DNA of 64,000 nucleotides, from positions 1,600,001 through 1,664,000 of the forward strand of contig OZ244905.1 of NCBI GenBank assembly GCA_965221695.1, in the 5' to 3' direction. The notes under the pieces are model-generated. The model ran no database searches and was not told the DNA's origin. It saw nothing but the letters and a program-made list of their open reading frames with translations. Within the stretch, counting starts at the first letter, position 1, and every line of letters begins with the position of its first letter. Positions 29,200 to 38,735 of this stretch are shown one piece after another. The DNA comes from Gammaproteobacteria bacterium (GTDB lineage Bacteria > Pseudomonadota > Gammaproteobacteria > Eutrophobiales > Eutrophobiaceae). Both the position numbers and the translations under genes were made by a program.

Positions 29200-31791
29200 C
29201 TAATAACTCACTCTCAGGTTGACCCCGCCCCAGCGTGGTTTCTCAAAGGAAATCTCGTCCGCGCCGCCGATGGTCGCCAGGTCAAACGTGGTCGTCTGAG
29301 TGCGCGAGTTGGAGAAATTCTTTATGAAACCTGCGATGGAATAACGTCCGTCCGCGCTGCTCCACTGGATGCGGGCATTGCCGATCCAGCTCGACGGCAT
29401 GACATGGCTATCAAAATTATTGACGTTGCTGAAACTGGACGAGGCGTAGGTGCCGTCCAGTTGCAGCGTGACCGAACCGCCGATGATGGCATTTGGCACG
29501 GTGTACCGGCCCACCCCGGAAAACTGGACTTGCGGTGTGAAGGTCGGCTCGACATCCCTGAAGGTATCGTCCGCCACCTCCAGGTCCTGCACTTCGGGGT
29601 CGATGTAGCTAAAGCCGAGCCAGATGTCCGAGTTTTCCATCGGGGAGGCTATCAGTTCCGCCTCGAACCCCCACGACTCGGCATCGGCATTGAACACCGC
29701 CCCGGAGGTGCCGACGAACTGGAATGCCTGGTAGTCGTTGTAATCATAATAATAGGCGGAGACGTTCAACCGGGCCTTGCCGCCGAGCAAGGTGGACTTG
29801 AAACCGGCTTCATAGGCCACCAACGCTTCTTCCTTGTAGCCGTACTCGTCCTGGGTAAGCGCGGTCAACAGGGGACCATTGAAGTTGCCCGCTTTCACCC
29901 CGCGATTGACACCGGCATAGAGCAGCAGGTCGTCGTTGGGAGAGTAACTGAGTTGTATCTTGCCGGACCAAAGGAAGTCCGAAGTTTTGTCCGCATAGGG
30001 GTCAAGGAACTCAAGCGGCACACCGGGCGCAAAAATGAGGCTCAACGGTTCGGCGCCGGCAAACTGCGCGCCGTCCGGGTAGGCATCCCTGACGTTGCGA
30101 TACAGGCGGTTGGTGAAAGAAAAGTCCTTCTCCTCAATGATGCCGCGAAACCCGGCTGTGACCATCAACTGGTCGGTCAAATCGAAATCCACATGGCCGA
30201 ACAGGGAATAGGAATCGGTCTTGAGGTCGGTATCCGTAGTCGCCTCCAAGTACAGGTCGCCTTGGGAAAAGCCGGTCTCACCCGTGATGATGTTCAGCGG
30301 CGTTCCACCGACACCCGGCACAAAAAATGGGATGCCGTTATCGGAGTTGAGCACAGGGCCAAAAAAATAGCCGCCGAAAATGTTCAGTCCGCCGATGGTA
30401 TCCGCAAGCCCCTGGGCAGCCCTGACGTCGATATTCAGGTAATAGGCGCCGGCAATCCAGCGCATGCGATCCGCCTCGCCTTCCAGGCGGATTTCCTGAG
30501 AGAACCAGTCCATATCGGTCTGCCGGAAAAAGATGAACTGCGGCACGGGAGCGTCCCCAACGTCCAATGACTGACGGTGCTTGATATTAGAAAAAGCGCT
30601 GACCGATACCAGCCTGGCGAAATCCATGTCCCAGGTCAGCTTGCCAGAAATGGAATACATATCCACCTCGTTGCCTGGATAAGGGGTGTGATCGTTAGGG
30701 CCAGCGAAATCATGGATGGGGTCCGGATCGAAATAACCGAACAGGTCGCCCTGATCATTGGGGCGGATTCCGTCGAGGTCGCCGTCAAAAACAGAATCCA
30801 CGCAGCCGCCGTCGGTCACCCTGACCATCTCGCAAGTGGTGCGCACATCCGTTTGGAACTTGGTATTCACCGTATCGTCGAACACACCGTCGCCATCGGT
30901 GTCGTCCACGAATGCGACCGTGGGGATACTGTTATAAGCCGCCGGGGCCCACCTTTGCTCGCCGTAGTTGCCGGAAAGCAGAAATTCCACATCCTCGTTA
31001 GGCTCGAACAGCAACTGGCCGCGAAGACCCCAGGTCTCTTCGCCATACTTGTCATTCACGTCAGGAATGGGGTTGAAGGTAGCGGGCCGGCCCACAGCCT
31101 GCAACAAGCCTGGCACCGGCGGCATGTCCTCTGGAGTGAACGGGTTGTCGATAAGCTCGTCATGGTGGATGTAAACGCCGGATAGACGGGCTGAAAGAGT
31201 CTCCGACAAACCGCCGCTCACCGCCCCTTCCGCCCTGATCGTGTCATAACTGCCGTAGGTGAAGTCGGCAAACGCCTCGGGTTCCTGGGAAGGCTTGTTG
31301 GTAATAAAGTGGATTAACCCGCCGGTCGCATTGCGGCCGAACAGAGTGCCCTGCGGGCCTTTCAATATTTCCACCCTTTGCATATCGAAGTTGGCAAACA
31401 ACTGGGCCTGTTGGGCCGCCTGGTAGACTTCGTCCACGTACATGGCATTGGGCGCCTCGGCATGGTCTGCAAAGTCATTCTGGGTGGCGCCACGGATGGT
31501 AAACTCGTTACGCTGGTCGCCGCCGCCGCCGGACATGGAAACCCCCGGAGAGTAGCGAGCTATTTCCACGCTGTTGGCAAATCCCAGCGCGTCCATCTGT
31601 TCGCCGCTGATGGCCGTGATGGCGATGCCTACATCCTGGATGGATTGCTCGCGTTTCTGCGCAGTGACAATGACTTCCTCCAGCAAACCGCTCTGGGAAA
31701 GCGCTGGCTGGAAAGGAAAAACGATGAACATCAAGACCGGGAACAGGCTCCCGATAGCGGAAAGACCGGACGCTGCGCGCTTCATATTCAT
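29200..31791 (-). CDS. TonB-dependent receptor
   Basis: LEEVIVTAQKREQS, VEILKGPQGTLFGRNATGG, C-terminal PRW; paralog of 23194..25626. Confidence 0.95.
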   Translation of the reverse strand: MNMKRAASGLSAIGSLFPVLMFIVFPFQPALSQSGLLEEVIVTAQKREQSIQDVGIAITAISGEQMDALGFANSVEIARYSPGVSMSGGGGDQRNEFTIRGATQNDFADHAEAPNAMYVDEVYQAAQQAQLFANFDMQRVEILKGPQGTLFGRNATGGLIHFITNKPSQEPEAFADFTYGSYDTIRAEGAVSGGLSETLSARLSGVYIHHDELIDNPFTPEDMPPVPGLLQAVGRPATFNPIPDVNDKYGEETWGLRGQLLFEPNEDVEFLLSGNYGEQRWAPAAYNSIPTVAFVDDTDGDGVFDDTVNTKFQTDVRTTCEMVRVTDGGCVDSVFDGDLDGIRPNDQGDLFGYFDPDPIHDFAGPNDHTPYPGNEVDMYSISGKLTWDMDFARLVSVSAFSNIKHRQSLDVGDAPVPQFIFFRQTDMDWFSQEIRLEGEADRMRWIAGAYYLNIDVRAAQGLADTIGGLNIFGGYFFGPVLNSDNGIPFFVPGVGGTPLNIITGETGFSQGDLYLEATTDTDLKTDSYSLFGHVDFDLTDQLMVTAGFRGIIEEKDFSFTNRLYRNVRDAYPDGAQFAGAEPLSLIFAPGVPLEFLDPYADKTSDFLWSGKIQLSYSPNDDLLLYAGVNRGVKAGNFNGPLLTALTQDEYGYKEEALVAYEAGFKSTLLGGKARLNVSAYYYDYNDYQAFQFVGTSGAVFNADAESWGFEAELIASPMENSDIWLGFSYIDPEVQDLEVADDTFRDVEPTFTPQVQFSGVGRYTVPNAIIGGSVTLQLDGTYASSSFSNVNNFDSHVMPSSWIGNARIQWSSADGRYSIAGFIKNFSNSRTQTTTFDLATIGGADEISFEKPRWGGVNLRVSY

Positions 31792-31965
31792 TCCCCACTT
31801 TTTGTATTCTCTGCCAATTTACCTGATTATATAGTGGTTGGTCAACAGGTTGCCTGATCCGAATCAATCCGGTTTTCCATGTCTCGCCAGTGATGTTAAC
31901 ATGGCGCGGTCGTAAGGTTTTTCGAGCAGGCATTGGTATTTTGATAATGAGGGGGGCTTAATTCC

Positions 31966-33249
31966 ATGGCTGATATTCCGATCCGGGAAATGGAAGACAA
32001 TATCGACGGCGCGCGAAAACGGCTGGAACCGTATCCCGATTACCTGAAAGCGGAGCTTGGTCTGCGCAATCATTGGTACGCCGCCTTGTTTGGTCATGAG
32101 CTGGAGGAGGGAAAGTGCAAGGGTGAGATGCTGCTGGGTGAACGTTTGCTGTTCAAACGTGTCGACGGCGAGGTGTACGCGATTGCCGACCGGTGCCCGC
32201 ATCGCGGCGCGGCGTTTTCCGCCCGACCTGAATGCTACAGTAAAAACACGGTAACCTGCTGGTTTCACGGGTTTACCATAGACGTGCGCGACGGGAACCT
32301 GGTGCAGATCATCACCGATCCGGACAGCAAGCTAATCGGCAGGCTCAAACACAAAACCTATCCGGTCAGGGAGATCAACGGGGTGATCTTCGTTTTCATG
32401 GGCGACATGGATCCGCCGCCGCCCATAGAGCAGGACCTGCAGCCGAAATTCCTGCGGCCCAGACTGGCATTTCACCCGGTCGCCCGCAACAAGTTCCGGG
32501 CTAACTGGCGTATCGCCGCAGAGAACGGTTTTGATGCCGCGCACCTGTACGCCCACCGCAAGGCCGGCATATTCGATTTCACCGATGCCAGCATGCCTCT
32601 ATCCAGCTTCCCGAAGACGCCGGAATCGTTGGAGATTATCGATAACGACGAAGGACCCTGGGGCATCGTCAAGGTGGATGACTACACCGTCTGGTCGACA
32701 GAAATCGAGGGCGTGACCGTGAACGCGGTGAACCTTGACCCGAATAACATTCCCTCGTCGGACATCCCTCAAGAGACTATCGTTGGTATTTATCTGCCCT
32801 GCGGCCTGGAGGTGGATTGGTGGCCCGCCCCCGGAGTGCTGCACTTCGAGTGGTTCACGCCCATCGACGAGGACCATCACATGTACATGATCTGCCATGC
32901 CACGGAGGTGAATTCGGAACAGGAAGCGGAAGCCTTCTACAGGACTTGCCGGGAAGAATACATACCCGTCACCTGGAAGCCGGCAACGGACCAGGTTGCG
33001 CCCATGGGCGACGGGACTGAATGGGGTTTCAACAATTTCGACGCGTTCGGACGGGAACAGATCCACCATGTGTATCAATATGAAGACTTCTGGCGCCAGG
33101 AAAAACTGATCCGCCCCGATATCACCGTATCGAAATGGCGCATGCTGGCCAACAAACGCCTGCGCGGCATTCAGCAGCGCCGGGGTTGGGCGAGAACACA
33201 GGGCTGGTCGCCGGACGGGCAAGGCTATGATCCCAGGAAGACCTGGTAG
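31966..33249 (+). CDS. Rieske non-heme iron oxygenase, CarAa/OxoO-like
   Basis: LGLRNHWY, Rieske CPH...CWFH, mononuclear Fe ENGFDAAHLYAH...FD. Confidence 0.88.
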   Translation: MADIPIREMEDNIDGARKRLEPYPDYLKAELGLRNHWYAALFGHELEEGKCKGEMLLGERLLFKRVDGEVYAIADRCPHRGAAFSARPECYSKNTVTCWFHGFTIDVRDGNLVQIITDPDSKLIGRLKHKTYPVREINGVIFVFMGDMDPPPPIEQDLQPKFLRPRLAFHPVARNKFRANWRIAAENGFDAAHLYAHRKAGIFDFTDASMPLSSFPKTPESLEIIDNDEGPWGIVKVDDYTVWSTEIEGVTVNAVNLDPNNIPSSDIPQETIVGIYLPCGLEVDWWPAPGVLHFEWFTPIDEDHHMYMICHATEVNSEQEAEAFYRTCREEYIPVTWKPATDQVAPMGDGTEWGFNNFDAFGREQIHHVYQYEDFWRQEKLIRPDITVSKWRMLANKRLRGIQQRRGWARTQGWSPDGQGYDPRKTW

Positions 33250-33286
33250 CTGACTCCGTTCTCTACCTCCTCAATGAGAAAAACAA

Positions 33287-33916
33287 ATGGCCGTCAAAAC
33301 TGAACTCCCGACAAAAGACCTGTTTGGTCTGGAATACTGGCCGGCCCTGCCCGCCTTCCTGATCTCGACCTGCGATGAAACCGGGGCGGCGCATGTGGCG
33401 CCATACAGCCTGGTGTTCTTCCCGTCCTACACCAATGTAGCCGAGGACAGCGATACACCCAAGATCATCTCATTGGTCATTGGCGACTACGACACTTTTG
33501 CCGGCGCCAGAGAATCCCGCACCTACCGGAATATCGCCGCCACCGGGGAATTCGTTGTCAACGTGCCCACGGCGAAAATTGTCGGACAATTGAATACTAC
33601 GGTGTTTCCTGCCGAGGACAAATTCGCAGCATCTGGGCTGACTCCAGAACCGTCGGCAAGAATCACCGCGCCGGCGGTGGCCGAATGCCCAATAAATTAC
33701 GAATGCGAACTGCTACGGGTGGAGGACAACCGCTGGCTGGGTGAGATATTTTATGGAAAAATCGTTGCTGTCCGGGTCGATAAGGCCCTGCGCGACACGC
33801 CTGCCAAAGACCGCATGTCACCCTTGGCGCCCGTATTCCATTACGCTTACGACCACTACAACGGAACTTACTACGGCTTGGGCAAGATCCTGCTGGAAGA
33901 GATTGACGAGGAATAG
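33287..33916 (+). CDS. flavin reductase-like (FMN-binding split barrel) protein
   Basis: HVAPYS, TYRNIAATGEFVVN, P.VAECPINYEC. Confidence 0.88.
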   Translation: MAVKTELPTKDLFGLEYWPALPAFLISTCDETGAAHVAPYSLVFFPSYTNVAEDSDTPKIISLVIGDYDTFAGARESRTYRNIAATGEFVVNVPTAKIVGQLNTTVFPAEDKFAASGLTPEPSARITAPAVAECPINYECELLRVEDNRWLGEIFYGKIVAVRVDKALRDTPAKDRMSPLAPVFHYAYDHYNGTYYGLGKILLEEIDEE

Positions 33917-33999
33917 CTTCTTCCTGCCGGCGCCTTACATTTCATGCCGCTCCGGACACGCACGCCACAATTTTTCTCTGGTTCTGAACACCCCTGTGG

Positions 34000-35169
34000 T
34001 CAGACAAATTCCGAGTTCAAGGGTTTGCCCAGCCTCGAAGCTCCCCAGAGTTCCAGGTTATTCTCATGCACCAGCGCGGCATGCAACGCCATGGCCTTGA
34101 TATCGCGGTTGAGTTGCTGTAGCGGATGAGTCGCCTGCAAAGCCGTGCCGCCTGACTCAAGGTACAGCGCCTCGATTGCCGCCACGCATTGCCTGACTGC
34201 CGCCGAACTGTAAACCCGCGTCTGATTGCGCTCAACCAACGGCATTTGCTCGCCCGCCTCAGCCGTATCCCGGACCATGGCCAAACCGCGCTTAAGCATA
34301 AGTTCCGCCGAACCTGTCTGTAGCATTACTTCACCGAGGAGGCGGTGCGCCTGGGCTGAATCGGCCTGTTTGTTGAGGGAGAATGGCAGATTGCGGTTTT
34401 CGATATGCTTGATGAAGATTTCGATTGCCTCCTGGGCGGCGCCCAAGGGCGGCCCTGTCAGGTTAAGACAAAGCATAGGCAGGGTCGACGAGCGGAACAG
34501 GGGCGAACGGTCTTTGCCCAGCTCTCCCGATATAGCATCGGCAAACCTGATGGCTCTGTGTTCGGGAACAAACACACCGCCGATAGCCAGGCTCTTGCTG
34601 CCGCTGCCGCGCAGACCGGTCACATGCCAGTCATCAATGATCTCATACTCCGCTTGCGGCAATAAAAATACACTCATCTCCGGCGCTCCACCGTCCTGGA
34701 GAACAAGGCCGCCCAGCGTGGCCCAGCGCGCAAAATCACAACCGGAGGAATAAGGCCAGGTAGCAGCCGACAGCTCATAACCACCCGCCACCCGTTTTGC
34801 CATGGACTTGGGTTGCAACACGCCACAAACCAGCGCGTTGGGATCATCCTTGAATACTTCATCCTGGGCCTGTTGCGGATAAAGTCCCAGCAACCAGGTA
34901 TGAATTTGCAGGATTGACATGACCCAGGAGGTGGCGGGACAGGCCCGGGCCACCCGTGTGACCATGGGCAGCACGTCCGCCATAAAGAGTTCCGGACCGC
35001 CGTAAGCAACGGACTGATACACCCTGAGCAATCCTGACGCGCTCAGTTCGTCAACTGTCTGTTGAGACAGGCGGCGCTCTCTTTCCGCCTCTTCAGCCCG
35101 CTCTCGTAGCGCGGGCACAAGGCACGCAATCCTATCGTGGTATTCGGCAATGGAAATTCGATCAGCCAT
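34000..35169 (-). CDS. flavin-dependent monooxygenase, acyl-CoA dehydrogenase fold (HsaA/HpaB-like)
   Basis: W.YSSGCD, DDWHVTGLRGSGS, LQQLNRD...H. Confidence 0.88.
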   Translation of the reverse strand: MADRISIAEYHDRIACLVPALRERAEEAERERRLSQQTVDELSASGLLRVYQSVAYGGPELFMADVLPMVTRVARACPATSWVMSILQIHTWLLGLYPQQAQDEVFKDDPNALVCGVLQPKSMAKRVAGGYELSAATWPYSSGCDFARWATLGGLVLQDGGAPEMSVFLLPQAEYEIIDDWHVTGLRGSGSKSLAIGGVFVPEHRAIRFADAISGELGKDRSPLFRSSTLPMLCLNLTGPPLGAAQEAIEIFIKHIENRNLPFSLNKQADSAQAHRLLGEVMLQTGSAELMLKRGLAMVRDTAEAGEQMPLVERNQTRVYSSAAVRQCVAAIEALYLESGGTALQATHPLQQLNRDIKAMALHAALVHENNLELWGASRLGKPLNSEFV

Positions 35170-35231
35170 GGTTGTTTACACTACTCTGGTCGACTGGTGA
35201 AACGCGACGATAACAGATAGCGCTTCGAAAA

Positions 35232-35308
35232 TGGCGCGCCCGGAGAGATTCGAACTCCCGACCGCCTGGTTCGTAGCCAGGTACTCTATCCAGCTGAGCT
35301 ACGGGCGC
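35232..35308 (-). tRNA. tRNA-Arg(ACG)
   Basis: Minus strand GCGCCCGTAGCTCAGCTGGATAGAGTACCTGGCTACGAACCAGG...GTTCGAATC...CGCGCCA; 77 nt, encoded CCA. Confidence 0.97.
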
Positions 35309-35314
35309 GTAATG

Positions 35315-35349
35315 TTAAGGAACCTCTGATTAAGTCAGAGGTTCCTTAA
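35315..35349. repeat. palindromic repeat family A (minimal form)
   Basis: ttaaggaacctctga-ttaag-tcagaggttccttaa, perfect 15-bp arms. Confidence 0.9.
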
Positions 35350-35470
35350 TTATCCCCTATGACGAGATAAAAAGAAACTATCCGCTTATATGTTATGAAA
35401 ATGCGCGGTATGCTTCTCCCATCCTGGCGATATTTTTCGACAAACGAGCCGGTTAAGGGCGCCAAGGCGG

Positions 35471-37147
35471 TCAGAATAAGCCCGTAATGTTACCCTCGGA
35501 GTCCACGTCGATATTCTCGGCGGCAGGGACTTTCGGCAGCCCCGGCATGGTCATCATACTGCCGGCGATGGCCACGATAAACCCGGCCCCGTTTGACAGC
35601 CGGACTTCGCTGACTTCCACATTATGCCCTTGCGGGGCGCCGAGCGCCGTCGGGTCGGTGGAGAAAGACATCTGGGTCTTTGCCATGCATACCGGGAAGC
35701 GTCCGTAATCACGATTTAGCTTCTCGATCTCTGCACGCACCTTGCTGTTGGCGGTGACACTGCCGGCGCCATAGATATTCTTGGCAACGGCCTCTATTTT
35801 GTCCCACAGGGAAGCATCGTCCTCGTACAGGTAACTGTGGTTGCCGGGGGTGTTATCGACAACATCAGTGACGGCGCGCGCCAGTTCTTCCGCGCCTGCG
35901 CCGCCTTCGGCCCAGTGCCGGGCCACCACCGCCTGGCCGCCTTGTGCTTCCACCCGGTTTTTCAGCATGTCGACCTCCGCATCGGTATCGTGGGTGAAGT
36001 GGTTGATGGACACTATGCAGGGCAGACCGTAGCGCTGTTGGATGTTGTCCAGGTGCCGTTCCAGGTTGACCAGGCCCTTGTCCAGCGCCGCCAGGTTCTC
36101 CAGGTTCAGATCTTCCTTATTCACACCGCCGTGATATTTCATCGCGCGGATGGTGGCGACCAGGACCACGGCCGCGGGCTTTAGCCCCGCCATACGGCAC
36201 TTGATGTCAATGAACTTCTCTGCGCCGAGATCGGCGCCGAAACCAGCCTCGGTGATTACATAGTCGGCCAATTTCAGCGCGGTTTTGGTGGCGGTCACGC
36301 TGTTGCAGCCATGGGCGATGTTGGCGAACGGACCGCCGTGCACCAGCGCCAGGTTGTTCTCCAGGGTCTGCACCAGGTTCGGCTTGATCGCGTCTTTCAG
36401 CAATGCCGCCATCGCGCCATGGGCGTTCAGGTCGCGGGCGTGAACCGGTTTTCTGTCTCCTCTTGTATACCCTATGACGATGTTGCCTAGTCGTTCCTTC
36501 AGGTCGGAAAGAGAGGTTGCCAGGCAGAAAATGGCCATGACTTCGGAGGCGACGGTGATGTCGTAACCGTCTTCCCGCGGGAAGCCGTTGGCCGTGCCGC
36601 CCAAGGAGATGACGATTTTGCGCAAGGCCCGGTCGTTCATGTCCACGACCCGCTTCCAGGCAACCAGGCGCGGGTCGAGGTTCAGGTTGTTGCCGTGGTT
36701 AATGTGGTTGTCCAGCATTGCCGAGAGCAGGTTATGGGCGGCGCCGATGGCGTGAAAATCACCGGTGAAGTGCAGGTTGATGTCTTCCATGGGCACCACT
36801 TGGGCATAACCGCCGCCGGCAGCGCCGCCCTTGACGCCGAAGCAAGGGCCCAGGGACGGTTCGCGCAAGCAGATTAAGGTCTGTTTGCCAATCCGGTTCA
36901 TCGCGTCTCCCAGCCCGACCGTGGTCGTGGTCTTGCCCTCCCCCGCCGGAGTGGGACTGATGGCGGTGGTCAGGATCAGCTTGCCGTCGGCCTTGTCCTT
37001 GAGGCTGTCGATGTAATCCAGTGACAGCTTCGCCTTGTAATGGCCGTAAGGCTCCAGGTGCTCGCTGCCGATGCCGTACTGTTCCGCGGCAAGGTCGATG
37101 ATCTGTTTTTTGCTTGCCCGCTGGGCAATGTCGATATCTGATAACAT
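35471..37147 (-). CDS. fhs: formate--tetrahydrofolate ligase
   Basis: [38 protein letters not shown]. Confidence 0.98.
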   Translation of the reverse strand: MLSDIDIAQRASKKQIIDLAAEQYGIGSEHLEPYGHYKAKLSLDYIDSLKDKADGKLILTTAISPTPAGEGKTTTTVGLGDAMNRIGKQTLICLREPSLGPCFGVKGGAAGGGYAQVVPMEDINLHFTGDFHAIGAAHNLLSAMLDNHINHGNNLNLDPRLVAWKRVVDMNDRALRKIVISLGGTANGFPREDGYDITVASEVMAIFCLATSLSDLKERLGNIVIGYTRGDRKPVHARDLNAHGAMAALLKDAIKPNLVQTLENNLALVHGGPFANIAHGCNSVTATKTALKLADYVITEAGFGADLGAEKFIDIKCRMAGLKPAAVVLVATIRAMKYHGGVNKEDLNLENLAALDKGLVNLERHLDNIQQRYGLPCIVSINHFTHDTDAEVDMLKNRVEAQGGQAVVARHWAEGGAGAEELARAVTDVVDNTPGNHSYLYEDDASLWDKIEAVAKNIYGAGSVTANSKVRAEIEKLNRDYGRFPVCMAKTQMSFSTDPTALGAPQGHNVEVSEVRLSNGAGFIVAIAGSMMTMPGLPKVPAAENIDVDSEGNITGLF

Positions 37148-37268
37148 ATGAAATATCCTGTATTGATGTATTATTGTCCCGTGAGCGGCATATTATAGCT
37201 GTTATTGGGAGGAACGATAATCAAGCTCTTTCGCCATGAAATCCGGCGCTTTTCTGACGGCGCTATTA

Positions 37269-37303
37269 TTGAGGAGACTCTGACTTGGTCGGAGGTTCCT
37301 TGA
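37269..37303. repeat. degenerate family A palindrome
   Basis: ttgaggagactctgacttggtcggaggttccttga. Confidence 0.6.
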
Positions 37304-37324
37304 TTACGATCTGGGGGGTAAAAA

Positions 37325-38416
37325 ATGAACCAACGGGTTTTACCGGAATGGAGTAAAGACAAGCTGGAATACGTGGAACCGACGCAGGTTGTGCGCAGCT
37401 TCGGCTACGACGTATTTGCCAACGAAGTCAGTGAAGAGGCGCTCCGTTACAATGAACAAACCATAGCCCGGGTCTTGCAGGTGGACGGAGAGGTAGCCTC
37501 CGACAAGAGAGAATTTTCCAGTCCTGAAGAAGCGGCGGAAGACATCAGGAAAGTCGGACTAGAAGCCGGCGCGGAAATGGTCGGCATCACGGAAGTCAAC
37601 CCCGATCACGTTTACAAAGGACATAATGTGCCACACAAATACGCCGTGATCCTGGCCAGCAGGATGGATTACGATGAAATGAAGTATGGCGCCTCGGAGC
37701 GTCACGTCAGGGAAGTATTGCGCAGTTATGCGGAAATGGGCTCACTTTCCGCGACAGTTGCCGAATATATTCGAGCGGCAGGCTATCCCGCACGCGCCCA
37801 CTCTCTGAGATTTGAGCAGATAAACATGATCCCCCATGCCATAAAAGCCGGACTGGGCCAACTGGGCAAACACGGATCGCTGATTAATGATCAATTGGGT
37901 TGCTCATTCCGCTTGTCGGCTGTCACAACCGATTTGGCCATGAGGCTGGATTCAATCAAGGATTACGGCGTTGAGGATTTCTGCCGGAACTGCAGCATGT
38001 GTGTCAAACACTGTCCGGGCGATGCCATCGTCCATGAGAAACAGGTCGTCAGAGGGGCGCTGAAGTGGGTGGTTGATACGGAAGCCTGCGCCCCCTATTG
38101 GGGCAGTTATCATGCCTGCGGAATCTGTTTGGAGGTTTGCCCCGCCAATATCAAGGCGTTTGACGGCGTATATAAAAACTCATTTATCGAGCGGATAAAA
38201 CAGAATGACATCAAACAGAGAAGGAAGGACCTAGCGGCTGGTCTGCAACAACCCTGGGAAAATGCCGTTGAGCCAGATGATAAATCCGAAGGCTGGCGTA
38301 ACCGGGTGAAAGGACGGGGCCATGCCGCGTTTCTTATGCAAGGAATCCCGGCAGAGGGGCTACCGGAGGAAGTTTACAAAATACGCTCGGCTATGGGCAT
38401 TGAGCCGGGGAGCTGA
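37325..38416 (+). CDS. reductive dehalogenase/QueG-superfamily 2x[4Fe-4S] protein without Tat signal
   Basis: GAEMVGI, AGLGQLGKHG, RLSAVTTDL, FCRNCSMCVKHCP and C-x10-CGICLEVCP. Confidence 0.8.
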   Translation: MNQRVLPEWSKDKLEYVEPTQVVRSFGYDVFANEVSEEALRYNEQTIARVLQVDGEVASDKREFSSPEEAAEDIRKVGLEAGAEMVGITEVNPDHVYKGHNVPHKYAVILASRMDYDEMKYGASERHVREVLRSYAEMGSLSATVAEYIRAAGYPARAHSLRFEQINMIPHAIKAGLGQLGKHGSLINDQLGCSFRLSAVTTDLAMRLDSIKDYGVEDFCRNCSMCVKHCPGDAIVHEKQVVRGALKWVVDTEACAPYWGSYHACGICLEVCPANIKAFDGVYKNSFIERIKQNDIKQRRKDLAAGLQQPWENAVEPDDKSEGWRNRVKGRGHAAFLMQGIPAEGLPEEVYKIRSAMGIEPGS

Positions 38417-38453
38417 TTTCTACAATAACAACAAGCCAATGAGAAAAGTATAA

Positions 38454-38651
38454 ATGAAACTGACCGGAAAACGCATCATAGTAACAGGAGCGGCATCTGG
38501 CATTGGGCAACAAAGCGCGAAGATCATGCAGGAGCGAGGCGCTACCATTATTGGTTTTGACCGCAACCAGCCCAAGTCGCATGTGGATGAGCACATCCCT
38601 GTCGATGGCGGGATGAACGCCCATGTGATGCAACAGCTTCATAGTTTCTGA
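38454..38651 (+). pseudogene. SDR oxidoreductase with a large in-frame internal deletion
   Basis: N-terminal TGAASGIG...FDRN joined directly to the C-terminal IPVDGGM; catalytic core absent. Confidence 0.8.
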
Positions 38652-38735
38652 GGGGTCGACAGTTTGCTCCCCCGTGGCCGGCTACGCTGATGTTGCGGGA
38701 AATCAAAATCTTTCATTCTGAACTGGTCTGACCTC

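Noticed and set aside
29404-31185. Long plus-strand ORFs opposite the TonB receptor (and similar ones opposite recA, alaS and katG)
   Set aside because: Antisense open frames typical of GC-rich coding DNA
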